34,231 nucleotides of DNA from Abditibacteriaceae bacterium. GTDB taxonomy: Bacteria > Armatimonadota > Abditibacteriia > Abditibacteriales > Abditibacteriaceae. Below are positions 25,721 to 34,231 of the stretch, in pieces (the stretch's first letter is position 1; each line of letters begins with the position of its first letter). The stretch covers positions 1-34,231 of the forward strand of contig JANMKN010000135.1 in the NCBI GenBank assembly GCA_031372065.1. The letters run 5' to 3'. The position numbers and the translations under genes are program-made. Below the pieces are notes generated by a model. The model was given only the letters and a program-made list of their open reading frames with translations. It ran no database searches and had not been told where the DNA came from.

Positions 25721-27865
25721 ATGATTCCCTCTATCGGACAGTTGATGTTGTGGTTGGCTTTGTCGTGCGCGGTTTATGGCATTGCCATCACGATTGCCGC
25801 TTATCGCTTGCCAGAGGCACGCCGTCAAGCGTGTCTTTCGTCGGCATTTAATGCCACTTTAGCGGTTTGGTGGCTGGTCGCCGCTGCTTCGGGCACGCTG
25901 ATTTATTTGTTTTTGACCGACGATTTTTCCGTCAATTACGTTTGGGCGCATTCGTCTTTGGCGCAGCCGATTCAATTCAAAGTCTCCGCGATGTGGGCCG
26001 GGCAATCCGGTTCGCTTTTGCTATGGACGCTGATGTTGGCCGGTTACGGCGCGCTTATCGCGGTTGTGGGACGGCGCCATGAATATGGCGGCGACAAATT
26101 GGAAGCGCAATTGGCGCCGACAGCCGCCGCCGTGGTGCAAGGCATCAATTTGTTGTTTTTGGGTCTGGTTTGTTTTGTCACCAAGCCTTTTGAAACCGGG
26201 CCGCCCGTTACTGATGGCAGTGGCATGAATCCGCTGTTGCAAAATTATTGGATGCAAATCCACCCGCCGACTTTGTATTTGGGCTACGTCGGTTGCTCGG
26301 TGCCGTTCGCGTGGGCCGCTGCGGCGCTTTTGCACAAGCAGTTCGGCAAAGATTGGGTGACTTTGGTGCGCCGCTGGACGCTGATTCCGTGGCTCATTTT
26401 AGGCGTCGGCATCATAATGGGCGGCGCGTGGGCCTATGAAACGCTCGGTTGGGGCGGTTATTGGGCCTGGGACCCGGTGGAAAACGCCAGCTTAATGCCG
26501 TGGCTGACTGCGACGGCGTTTTTGCATTCGATTATGATTCAGGCGCGGCGCGGAATGCTCAAAAACTGGAACATGGTTCTGGTTTCGCTAACCTTTTTGC
26601 TGTCCGTCTTCGGCACGTTTTTAACGCGCAGCGGCGTGGTTTCCAGTGTGCATTCGTTCGCCGAAAGCAACATCGGCGGTTACTTTTTAGTGTTTTTAGG
26701 CGTCGCTTTGGTGCTGTCTTTTGGCTTGATTATCTGGCGGCGCGACGAATTGGCGACGGAATTTACATTTGAATCGGTGCTTTCGCGCGAAGGCGCTTTC
26801 ATGCTCAACAACTGGATTTTGCTGGGCAGCGCTTTCGCCGTTTTGTGGGGCACGATTTATCCGGCATTGCGCGAAGCCATTGACGGGCAATCGGTTTCCG
26901 TCGGCGCGCCGTATTTCAACAAAGTTATGGTGCCGTTGGGCCTTATGCTGCTGGGTTTGACCGGCATCGGGCCGCTGATGGCATGGCGTCGCACCACACC
27001 GGCGGCGCTCTTGCGCACCGCGAAATGGCCGATTGTCGCGGCGATTGCGGCGGCGCCGTTATTTTATTTTCTCAGCGCGTGGCATACGGGCGCGGTCACG
27101 GCGTTTTGCCTTGGCGTTTTCGTAGCGGCAGGCATTATTTTGGAATTTGTCAAAGGCACGCGGGCGCGGATGTCGATGACCGACGAAGGCCCGCGCACTG
27201 CGTTTTTCAACTTGTTACTGCGTAACCGGCGGCGTTATGGCGGCTACGTTGTGCATTTGGGAATCGTGCTGCTGTTTGCCGGGTTTGCCGGTTCGTCGGG
27301 TTTTAAAATCGAAACCGAGCCGATTACTTTGCAAAAAGGCGAAACCATGCGTGTGGGCGAATATACGCTGCGTTTTGAAGGTTTGGTCGAGCCGCCGCCC
27401 GGCCAATTGGCGCCCGAAAAACAACAAGAAATCGCGGCGCACATGACGGTTTTTCTGATGCCGCCGGACAAAATCAAAAGCGATACCAAGCCGATGGCGA
27501 CTTTGTATCCGCACATTGATATTTTCAAGTTGGCGGGCAATGTTTCGCCCGAAGCGCGCGCCGGACAAGCGCCACAATCGGCGCGGCGCCCTGCGATTAT
27601 GTCGAATCTGGCAAATGACCTTTATCTGGCGCTGATTGATGCCAATAACGAGGAAAACAAGGCTTCGATCAAGGCTTATTTGAACCCGCTGGTGATGTGG
27701 ATTTGGATTAGTATGTTGTTTTTCGTGGCCGGAACCGCCATTGCCATGTGGCCCGATAGCCGTGCCACGCGCGCCGAAGCGCGTGCCAAAGCAGACGAAT
27801 CGCCGCGCGCTTCCGCAGGTGCCGAAACCAAATTGGCGCGCGAAAAAGCATTGGAGAAGATTTAA
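25721..27865 (+). CDS. ccmF: Cytochrome c-type biogenesis heme lyase CcmF
   Basis: WAGQSGSLLLW, GMNPLLQ, IHPPTLYLGY, WAYETLGWGGYWAWDPVENAS (WWD domain), FLTRSG, SVHSFA, NPLVMWIW. Confidence 0.97.
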   Translation: MIPSIGQLMLWLALSCAVYGIAITIAAYRLPEARRQACLSSAFNATLAVWWLVAAASGTLIYLFLTDDFSVNYVWAHSSLAQPIQFKVSAMWAGQSGSLLLWTLMLAGYGALIAVVGRRHEYGGDKLEAQLAPTAAAVVQGINLLFLGLVCFVTKPFETGPPVTDGSGMNPLLQNYWMQIHPPTLYLGYVGCSVPFAWAAAALLHKQFGKDWVTLVRRWTLIPWLILGVGIIMGGAWAYETLGWGGYWAWDPVENASLMPWLTATAFLHSIMIQARRGMLKNWNMVLVSLTFLLSVFGTFLTRSGVVSSVHSFAESNIGGYFLVFLGVALVLSFGLIIWRRDELATEFTFESVLSREGAFMLNNWILLGSAFAVLWGTIYPALREAIDGQSVSVGAPYFNKVMVPLGLMLLGLTGIGPLMAWRRTTPAALLRTAKWPIVAAIAAAPLFYFLSAWHTGAVTAFCLGVFVAAGIILEFVKGTRARMSMTDEGPRTAFFNLLLRNRRRYGGYVVHLGIVLLFAGFAGSSGFKIETEPITLQKGETMRVGEYTLRFEGLVEPPPGQLAPEKQQEIAAHMTVFLMPPDKIKSDTKPMATLYPHIDIFKLAGNVSPEARAGQAPQSARRPAIMSNLANDLYLALIDANNEENKASIKAYLNPLVMWIWISMLFFVAGTAIAMWPDSRATRAEARAKADESPRASAGAETKLAREKALEKI

Positions 27866-28329
27866 TGCGTCGTTTATTTTGGGCGCTGCTTTGCGCCTTG
27901 CTGTTTATCAATGGAACTGTGATGGCCGCGCCGGATTTTACGGCCATGAAAAAGCAAATCATTTGCGATTGCCCCGATTGTGGGCGTCAGACAATTGATC
28001 AATGCGCCAGCGGCTGCGCGCGCGGAAAAGAATTAGCCACCGATTTGAAAAAGCAAATTGTTGTCGGCAAAGCCGAAAACGAGATTTTCGAGTATTTTGC
28101 CAAGACTTATGGCGAGCAAAGTTTAGGCGTGCCGCGCCAGCAGAATTTCTGGGGCCGCATGGCGCCGATTATGCCGTTTGCGATTTTAGTGCTGGGTCTT
28201 TTGCCAATCACTTACATCATGCAAACGCGCCATCGCAAAGTGCGCGATATAGGCGGCAAAAAAGCGCCTAAAGTGACCGCCGCCGATGATGAGCGCTTGG
28301 ATGCAGCCTTGAAGGATTTCGATTACTAA
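27865..28329 (+). CDS. ccmH: CcmH/CycL-like protein with five cysteines
   Basis: Translationally coupled to ccmF (TAATG). Signal peptide, ICDCPDCGRQTIDQCASGC, GKAENEIFEYFAKTYGEQSL (CcmH GxxxxEIxxxxxxxYG motif), C-terminal TM. Confidence 0.75.
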   Translation: MRRLFWALLCALLFINGTVMAAPDFTAMKKQIICDCPDCGRQTIDQCASGCARGKELATDLKKQIVVGKAENEIFEYFAKTYGEQSLGVPRQQNFWGRMAPIMPFAILVLGLLPITYIMQTRHRKVRDIGGKKAPKVTAADDERLDAALKDFDY

Positions 28330-28832
28330 TGGAATATGCTTTGGGCTTTTTACTCAGTGCCTTGGTGGTCGCGATTGTCGCAGCGCCTTTGTTTCGCGAA
28401 CGCCGGATATGGGCCGCTTTAGCACCCAGCACGCGGCGCGCAGTGCTGCTCGAACAGCGCGACACGACATTGCGCGAACTCAAAGACCTCGATTTTGACC
28501 GGCGCATGGGCAAAATTGATGACGCCGATTATGCCGAATTGCACGCCGCCGCCGCCGGACGCGCCACAGCGGTTTTGGACGCTTTGGAAGCCTTAAAACC
28601 AACCGGACGCGGACGCAACGGCTCGGCGTCGGCGCCGTGGCTTCACACTTTGGATGCCGAAGCCGAAATCTTCGTGGCCCGTGCGCGTTTGCGTTTGCGC
28701 GGCGCGGCACCCAAAGTCGCAGAATTTCCCAAAGACAGCGCTGATGCCTTTTGGGTTTGCCAATGCGGACGCACTGTGCAAAGCAGCGATAAATTTTGCG
28801 GCAGTTGCGGCGCGACGCGTCCGCAGGTATAA
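28329..28832 (+). CDS. CcmI-N-like membrane protein with C-terminal zinc ribbon
   Basis: TAATG coupling. TM ending in PL, LRELKDLDFDRRMGKIDDADY (CcmI-like leucine-zipper motif), C-terminal CQCG-x8-CGSCG. Confidence 0.7.
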   Translation: MEYALGFLLSALVVAIVAAPLFRERRIWAALAPSTRRAVLLEQRDTTLRELKDLDFDRRMGKIDDADYAELHAAAAGRATAVLDALEALKPTGRGRNGSASAPWLHTLDAEAEIFVARARLRLRGAAPKVAEFPKDSADAFWVCQCGRTVQSSDKFCGSCGATRPQV

Positions 28833-28858
28833 CATTCCCGTCTCTTCTGCCGATTCTC

Positions 28859-28887
28859 GCCGGGGCAGTCCAAGCTCCGGCCTTTTT
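28859..28887 (+). terminator. Possible internal terminator within the ccm cluster
   Basis: GCCGGGGC-AGTCCAA-GCTCCGGC followed by CTTTTT. Confidence 0.45.
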
Positions 28888-28904
28888 GTGCCGCACTTGT
28901 TTCC

Positions 28905-30257
28905 ATGAAAAGATTACTCATTTTGCCCTTGCTGTTGCTGAATATGCTGCCTTTGTGGGCCGCGACAGGTCACGTCAAGGGCCGTATTATCAACGCAACG
29001 CTCAAAAAGCCCCTTGCGGGCGCCAGCATTTCGCTGATTCGCATCGGCCCTGATCGCCAAGACCGCACAGTGGGAACTACGAAATCAGGGCCGGATGGCG
29101 CTTTTTCGTTTTCTGCGTTTCCCGCAGGCGCCAATGAAATTTTCATGGCGCAAACCATGTTCTTAGGCAAAAAATATGAGCAAGTCGCCTTCGATGGCAC
29201 CGGACGCCTCAAAGAAATCGCTGGAATGGATGTTGACCCCGACAAAATTGAATTGACCGTTTACAGCAAGTCGGGCAAGATGCCGGAATTCCGTTTTTTA
29301 GTGCATCACTTAGCAATTCAGCGCGAAAACCGCACTTTGAAATGTGTTGAACGCATCGTGGTGAAACCGCAAGTTAATTATTTTTATGATGGAAGCGCTG
29401 GAGTATCTAAAATCAAGTTGCAATTGTCGACTGGCGCTAAAGAGGTCGCACTTGACCCGAAAATTGTAAATGGCACGCTGCAAAAAGAAGGCGATTTTTA
29501 TTATTTCGTCTTTAAAAATAAATCTATGATTTTCGATACGAGGCAACCGACGCCCATTTTAATCAATTACGTTCTCGATTGGCCCGCGTCGTTGCCGTGG
29601 AATCGTAAATTGAATTTAGATCACAAGATTTTTTATTCAACCAATTTCTTTTTCGTGGCGCGCGCGCCCGACGCCAAAGATTTAAAAGTCATCGCGCCCC
29701 GATTGAAGCCTGACGAAACAAACAAATTTCCCAACGCGCAAGGGGAAACCATCGAAAAAATTGTCAATTCGATTGGCGACCCGATGTCGCAAGAAGCGGC
29801 CCTCAAAGCGGGCGAAACTGTCGCGATTACTTTGCAGCAGCCGGTCAATCCGCTGGTTTGGGCGTTTGTTATGTTTGTTGGCGCCCTAATTGCCATTGTG
29901 CCGTTGGTTTTGCGTAATAGTGGTGGGCGTCGCGCCGAAAGCGATTTTGCAGATGACGAAGTTTCGTCTAATTTACAGGAACCCGCCTTTAGAGCGGACG
30001 TTTTAGGTGAAACTTTTCGGCCAACTGCCGGGGCAGCCTTTCCTACCGGCAAGGCTGCAAAGCGAAGCGGAACGCCGCAAGGCGCGCAGGATTTGATTTT
30101 TTCCATCGCACAACTTGACGAAGAATTTGCCAGTGGCGAAGTTGATGAACAAACTTATCAAACTCGCCGCGCGCTTTGGAAAAAAGAGCTTGTTTCACTC
30201 CTTGAGCAAGAACAAAAGCAGTCTGTGAGCGTAAAGACGGGGCGAACCAAGAAGTAG
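28905..30257 (+). CDS. Membrane-anchored protein with carboxypeptidase-regulatory-like (Ig) N-domain and C-terminal CcmI-like motif
   Basis: Signal peptide, GHVKGRIINAT...PLAGASISL...TTKSGPDGAFSF, a TM near the C-terminus, then LIFSIAQLDEEFASGEVDEQTYQTRR. Confidence 0.7.
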   Translation: MKRLLILPLLLLNMLPLWAATGHVKGRIINATLKKPLAGASISLIRIGPDRQDRTVGTTKSGPDGAFSFSAFPAGANEIFMAQTMFLGKKYEQVAFDGTGRLKEIAGMDVDPDKIELTVYSKSGKMPEFRFLVHHLAIQRENRTLKCVERIVVKPQVNYFYDGSAGVSKIKLQLSTGAKEVALDPKIVNGTLQKEGDFYYFVFKNKSMIFDTRQPTPILINYVLDWPASLPWNRKLNLDHKIFYSTNFFFVARAPDAKDLKVIAPRLKPDETNKFPNAQGETIEKIVNSIGDPMSQEAALKAGETVAITLQQPVNPLVWAFVMFVGALIAIVPLVLRNSGGRRAESDFADDEVSSNLQEPAFRADVLGETFRPTAGAAFPTGKAAKRSGTPQGAQDLIFSIAQLDEEFASGEVDEQTYQTRRALWKKELVSLLEQEQKQSVSVKTGRTKK

Positions 30258-30296
30258 AATTTGCCGCACACATCCATTTTAAGAGAGGTGAGGATT

Positions 30297-30815
30297 ATGC
30301 CGACTAAAACGAACACCAAGCCGTTGGCGTCCTCGAAGGTGACATCCAAGTCACCCGGAAAGCAAAGCATGACCAAGAACTCTTCCGGCAGTCCAACTAA
30401 AACTGCTCCGAAGCATAAGAAAAAAATTGAGGCGCCTATTCAAGCGCGCCTTGATTTGGATATTGACCATTTTCGCTCCATGCTCCTCACCGAGCGCGAG
30501 CGTTACGAATCCGAACTCGAAGGCATCCGCAGTCGCAGCATGGATGTGGAAGGTTCTCTACCCGATGAAGGCGAGAGCGGCGATGAAGACACCGCTGACT
30601 TGGCTTCTGCGATGATGGACAAGGAAATTGATCTGTCTGTGGAAGATGAGATGATGGATTTGCTCAACGCCATTGACCACGCGCTGGAAAAAATCGAAGA
30701 TGGCACCTATGGCATCTGCGACATTTCTGGTGATCCGATTCCCAAATCGCGCCTTGAACTCATTCCGTGGGCGTCGCTGACCGTTACCTGCCAAGCCATG
30801 AGCGAAGGCGAATAA
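30297..30815 (+). CDS. DksA/TraR family transcription factor
   Basis: Coiled-coil tip DTADLA, IDHALEKIEDGTYGICDISGDPIPKSRLELIPWA. ATG 30297 with GAGGTG/AGGA SD. Confidence 0.9.
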   Translation: MPTKTNTKPLASSKVTSKSPGKQSMTKNSSGSPTKTAPKHKKKIEAPIQARLDLDIDHFRSMLLTERERYESELEGIRSRSMDVEGSLPDEGESGDEDTADLASAMMDKEIDLSVEDEMMDLLNAIDHALEKIEDGTYGICDISGDPIPKSRLELIPWASLTVTCQAMSEGE

Positions 30816-30824
30816 CTCGCAAGA

Positions 30825-30875
30825 AAAGCAAAAAAGCGGCGTGTGAATTCAATTCACACGGCGCTTTTTTGCTTT
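30825..30875. terminator. Bidirectional intrinsic terminator between the dksA-like and phyH-like genes
   Basis: AAAGCAAAAAAGCGGCGTGTGAATT-C-AATTCACACGGCGCTTTTTTGCTTT, one mismatch, between convergent genes. Confidence 0.88.
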
Positions 30876-30888
30876 AGTCCCTCACCCC

Positions 30889-31707
30889 TTAAGCATTTCC
30901 CACTTTTGTGCCTTGCGTTTGCGCTATGCGGGCGCGTTCGTCGCGCGCGGTGCGTTTTTGGGTGTTCCAATAAAAGTCGCGCGGCTCTTTGCGCGGGCGT
31001 GGTGCCCTGCCAAAACCGAGAATGTAAGCGCGGCGCGGCGTGTTCGATAAATTGGGCGCGGTGTAATGCATGGTGCGCGACAAATGAAACGTGGCACCGC
31101 CAGCGGGCAAGGGGCAGATCGCCACGTTTTTCGTGTCGGGCAATTCGTCAATTTCAAGGCCATGAATGCGCGGATCGTTGTTGATGCAATGATGCGATTG
31201 CACTTCCCAAAGGTGCGTGCCGGGCACGAATTGCATACAGCCATTTTCAAGCGTTGCGGGCTGCAAGGGAATCCAGACGGACAGCGATTCATGATCCAAG
31301 TCAGCGTTCCAATACGCTTCGTCCTGATGCCACGGCGTCGGCGCGCCATGCCGTGCTGGTTTTAAAATGGCGTGTTCGCCGTGCGCTTGTGCGTCGTCGC
31401 CGAGCAGTTGCCGCGAAATGTGCAAGGCGTTGACTCGCATTAGCGTGTCGCGCAGTTCGGGCGCGTATTTGACGGGATTCAAAATTTGCGGCAATGCGGC
31501 CTCTTTGCCTTCTTCGTCGGTGCCCGCCAAATCGAATTGATTGCCTTCGTCGCGTCCGACGCGTGCGGCAAATAAGCGGTCATAAACTTCGCGCACAAAA
31601 GCCACTTCTTCGGACGTGGTGATGGCCGGAATCGCTAAGTAGCCGTTCGCCTGAAAAAACGCAATCTGTTCCAACGTGATGGAAATTGTTGGTTGAATCT
31701 CGGACAT
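30889..31707 (-). CDS. Phytanoyl-CoA dioxygenase (PhyH) family Fe(II)/2-oxoglutarate dioxygenase
   Basis: FFQANGYL, KPARHGAPTPWHQD (HxD), SVWIPL...ENGCMQFVPGTH, FHLSRTMHYTAPNLS...RRA. Confidence 0.92.
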   Translation of the reverse strand: MSEIQPTISITLEQIAFFQANGYLAIPAITTSEEVAFVREVYDRLFAARVGRDEGNQFDLAGTDEEGKEAALPQILNPVKYAPELRDTLMRVNALHISRQLLGDDAQAHGEHAILKPARHGAPTPWHQDEAYWNADLDHESLSVWIPLQPATLENGCMQFVPGTHLWEVQSHHCINNDPRIHGLEIDELPDTKNVAICPLPAGGATFHLSRTMHYTAPNLSNTPRRAYILGFGRAPRPRKEPRDFYWNTQKRTARDERARIAQTQGTKVGNA

Positions 31708-31737
31708 GATTTTAATGGGAATGCGGAACTTCGTTAT

Positions 31738-32121
31738 TTACGGCGCGGCCATGACTTGCAGGGCGTAGCGTTGTTTTAGCTCGTTGTTGAGCAGAATTTC
31801 GATAAAAACCGGGCCGGAAGTGCGCAGGGGCAGGCCCGCGAAAACCTGCACGGCGGTAAAATGCGAAAGCAAGCCGTGTAACTCGAATTTAATGGTTTCG
31901 CCGGCCACGATGATGTTGTCGTCGCCGTCTACAAAGCGCGTTTGTTGCTCCCAATCGCCTTCGCCGTTGCACCATTTGTTGACGATGCAGCAGCCGGGAT
32001 GCTGGGCCGGGAACTGTGCCACAGCAATCTGCTCGAACAAGCCGAGCAGCATCAATTTTCCATTGTCTTCGCGCCGCACTTCGTCGCACAGCACCGTATA
32101 AAGCAAATCGGGTTCAATCAT
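31738..32121 (-). CDS. Conserved hypothetical beta-sandwich protein (DUF6941-like)
   Basis: VLCDEVRREDNGKLMLLGLFEQI...FP N-terminal motif. Lies between anmK and the phyH-like gene with short gaps. Confidence 0.7.
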   Translation of the reverse strand: MIEPDLLYTVLCDEVRREDNGKLMLLGLFEQIAVAQFPAQHPGCCIVNKWCNGEGDWEQQTRFVDGDDNIIVAGETIKFELHGLLSHFTAVQVFAGLPLRTSGPVFIEILLNNELKQRYALQVMAAP

Positions 32122-32144
32122 ATTCTGGCTTAGTTTAATCGGCG

Positions 32145-33344
32145 TTAAACAATCTGTCGCACAATCAAGCGCTTTATTGGACGACCCTGATGTTCAAAAA
32201 AGGAATCCAATATACGGCGACGAGTCAGAGACAGAAAATTATCGCCCGGTGTGATGCTGCCTAAAATGGCCGTGTGCGAAGCGCCTGTCGCTGAAGGAAC
32301 ATTGGTCGGCCAATCCTGCCAAGTGGCAAAACCCATCGTGGCAAAAGCGACGGCTTCTTTGGCATCGGAGGGCAGATTCAGTTCGTTTGTGTGCCGCAAA
32401 GCGCCGGAAAATCGCGCACCGATTTGCTCCATTAAAAACGCGTTTTGTGCGCCGCCGCCTGCGACAAATAATTCATCAACGCGCGGCAGTTTTTCGAGCG
32501 AATCGGTGATGGTTTGCGCTGTTAGAGTTGTCAGAGTAGCGAGAATATCAGCATCGCTCAGGCCCAGATTTTGGCCTTCGTTCACCAGATTTTGGGCTTC
32601 TTGCGGCCCGAATAGCTCGCGTCCGGTGCTTTTGGGCGGCGAAAGTTGAAAATACGGCTGCGCCAGCCACTTTTGCAGCAAATTTTCGCTGATTTTGCCG
32701 CGTTTTGCGAAGTCGCCGTTTTCGTCGAATTGCTTTTCGTCCTTGGAAATAATTCGCATCGCTTCATCTATCAAAACATTGCCGGGGCCGGTGTCGAAAG
32801 CGATAATTTCGCCGCTTGGCGGCACATAACTGAGGTTCGCCATGCCGCCGATATTTAGTGAAACGCGATGCAGAATTTCGTGACGAAAAAGCAAATTGTC
32901 GAACCAAGGCACCAGCGGTGCGCCGTGACCGCCCAAGGCAATATCGCGCGAGCGAAAATCGGAAACGACGGTGCAGCCGGTGCGCGCTGCGATAATGGCA
33001 GGGCTGGCAATTTGCAAAGTTGAACGCGGCACTTGGGCTTGATGATAAACCGTTTGGCCATGCGAGGCGATTAAATCAACTTCTAAATTCGCTTTTGCCT
33101 TCACCGCTTGAGCGGCCTGTGCGAAGGCTTCGCCGAGCGCGAAATTGAGTTCACACACGGCGCGCGTGCTGCCTTCGTTTGGCGGCAATATTTCGCGCAC
33201 CGCATCGCGCAAAGCGTTGTCCAAAGGGTGCATCAAAAAGGCGTGCAAAGTGAGTTCAAGCGTTTGGTCGCGCTTTACGATTTCGACAAGCGCGGCGTCA
33301 ATGGCGTCCAGCGATGTGCCGGACATCAGACCGATAACGTTCAT
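32145..33344 (-). CDS. anmK: Anhydro-N-acetylmuramic acid kinase
   Basis: IGLMSGTSLDAID, IASHGQTVYH, DFRSRDIALGGHGAPLVP, NIGGMAN, FDTGPGN, PPKSTGRELF, GGGAQN, KEAVAFA, PSATGA. Confidence 0.96.
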   Translation of the reverse strand: MNVIGLMSGTSLDAIDAALVEIVKRDQTLELTLHAFLMHPLDNALRDAVREILPPNEGSTRAVCELNFALGEAFAQAAQAVKAKANLEVDLIASHGQTVYHQAQVPRSTLQIASPAIIAARTGCTVVSDFRSRDIALGGHGAPLVPWFDNLLFRHEILHRVSLNIGGMANLSYVPPSGEIIAFDTGPGNVLIDEAMRIISKDEKQFDENGDFAKRGKISENLLQKWLAQPYFQLSPPKSTGRELFGPQEAQNLVNEGQNLGLSDADILATLTTLTAQTITDSLEKLPRVDELFVAGGGAQNAFLMEQIGARFSGALRHTNELNLPSDAKEAVAFATMGFATWQDWPTNVPSATGASHTAILGSITPGDNFLSLTRRRILDSFFEHQGRPIKRLIVRQIV

Positions 33345-33363
33345 GGCTTCAGTTTAAACTTTT

Positions 33364-34231
33364 ATGAAAACCACCACTCTTTTAGCCGCCGCGCTTTTGG
33401 CGGCGCCTGCCGGAGCGCAGAATTTGTGGACGGATTTAATCGCGCCCGACGCCAAAGTCGAGCGCGTCGCCACGGGGTTTAAATTCACCGAAGGCCCGAT
33501 GTGGCACCGCGATGGCTATTTGTTGTTCACCGATATTCCCAACAATGCGATTGTGAAATGGGCACCGGAAAATGGCGGCAAAACTGAAATTTATCGTCAG
33601 CCTTCGGGCAACGCCAACGGGCTTTTTCTCAATCGCGAAAACCAATTGTTGGCTTGTGAGCATTCCAATCGCCGCGTTTCGCAAACGATTTTCGGGCAAA
33701 CAATCACACTCGCCGACAAGTTTGAAGGCAAGCGTTTGAACAGCCCGAACGACCTCGATATTGCGCCGGATGGCAGCGTGTATTTCACTGACCCGATTTA
33801 TGGTTTAGCCAAGCCAGAAGACAAAGAATTGGATTTTGAAGGCGTGTTTCGCTTGTCGCCGGACGGAAAATTGACTTTGATGGCGAAAGAATTTGGGCAT
33901 CCCAACGGCATCGCATTTTCGCCGGATGCCGAAACGCTTTATGTCAACGATTCCGAGCCGATGCGCAACAATATGCGCGCTTTTGATGTGCAAAGCGATG
34001 GCACTTTAAACAACGGGCGCGTTTTTGCTGACATGAAAGTGGAAGGCGCAAAAAGTTCACCCGACGGCCTGAAAGTGGATGTGCAGGGCAACATTTGGAC
34101 AACCGGGCCGGGCGGGGTGTGGGTTTTCTCGCCCGCCGGTAAACTGCTTGGCAAAATCGCCGTGCCCGAAGGCACAACGAATCTCGCTTTTGGCGGGGCT
34201 GACCGCAAAATGCTTTACATCACGGCGAATA
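33364..34231 (+). CDS. SMP-30/gluconolactonase/LRE family protein, 3'-truncated by the window; not in the ORF track
   Basis: MKTTTLLAAALLAAPAGAQ signal peptide, GFKFTEGPMW, LLFTDIP, ANGL, ACEH, LNSPNDL, YFTDP, PNGIAFSPD, PDGLKVD. Open to the window end. Confidence 0.92.
   Translation, partial: MKTTTLLAAALLAAPAGAQNLWTDLIAPDAKVERVATGFKFTEGPMWHRDGYLLFTDIPNNAIVKWAPENGGKTEIYRQPSGNANGLFLNRENQLLACEHSNRRVSQTIFGQTITLADKFEGKRLNSPNDLDIAPDGSVYFTDPIYGLAKPEDKELDFEGVFRLSPDGKLTLMAKEFGHPNGIAFSPDAETLYVNDSEPMRNNMRAFDVQSDGTLNNGRVFADMKVEGAKSSPDGLKVDVQGNIWTTGPGGVWVFSPAGKLLGKIAVPEGTTNLAFGGADRKMLYITAN

Overview
A 34.2 kb chromosomal window from a diderm bacterium. Gene content and style suggest Abditibacteriota/Armatimonadota, but that assignment is an inference. 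(1) A minus-strand, operon-like cell-surface cluster: a 2253-aa protein with three parallel beta-helix modules, RCC1 repeats and a small C-terminal Ig-like domain, then a lipoprotein, a FecR-domain plus putative beta-barrel protein, and a truncated membrane protein. A near-consensus sigma70 promoter lies upstream. (2) About 800 bp of decayed fragments (IS5-like, ISL3, HNH, IS630). (3) A CNNM/CBS hemolysin-family gene. (4) A partial Tad/Flp locus (cpaB, cpaC secretin, cpaE). (5) zwf, followed by an unusual head-to-head palindromic array of 21-bp repeats. (6) dsbD and a ytxG/ytxH-like pair. (7) A selenocysteine operon selA-selD-selC, in which SelD is itself a selenoprotein (in-frame UGA missed by the ORF track). 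(8) A variant cytochrome c maturation operon (CxxxY-type CcmE, CcmF, Cys-rich CcmH, two proteins with a CcmI-like motif). (9) A DksA/TraR protein with a degenerate zinc finger. (10) A phyH-family dioxygenase, a small hypothetical gene, anmK and a truncated gluconolactonase gene. The most interesting items are the 21-bp inverted array, the adhesin/lipoprotein/FecR-barrel cluster, the Sec-SelD and the atypical Ccm system.
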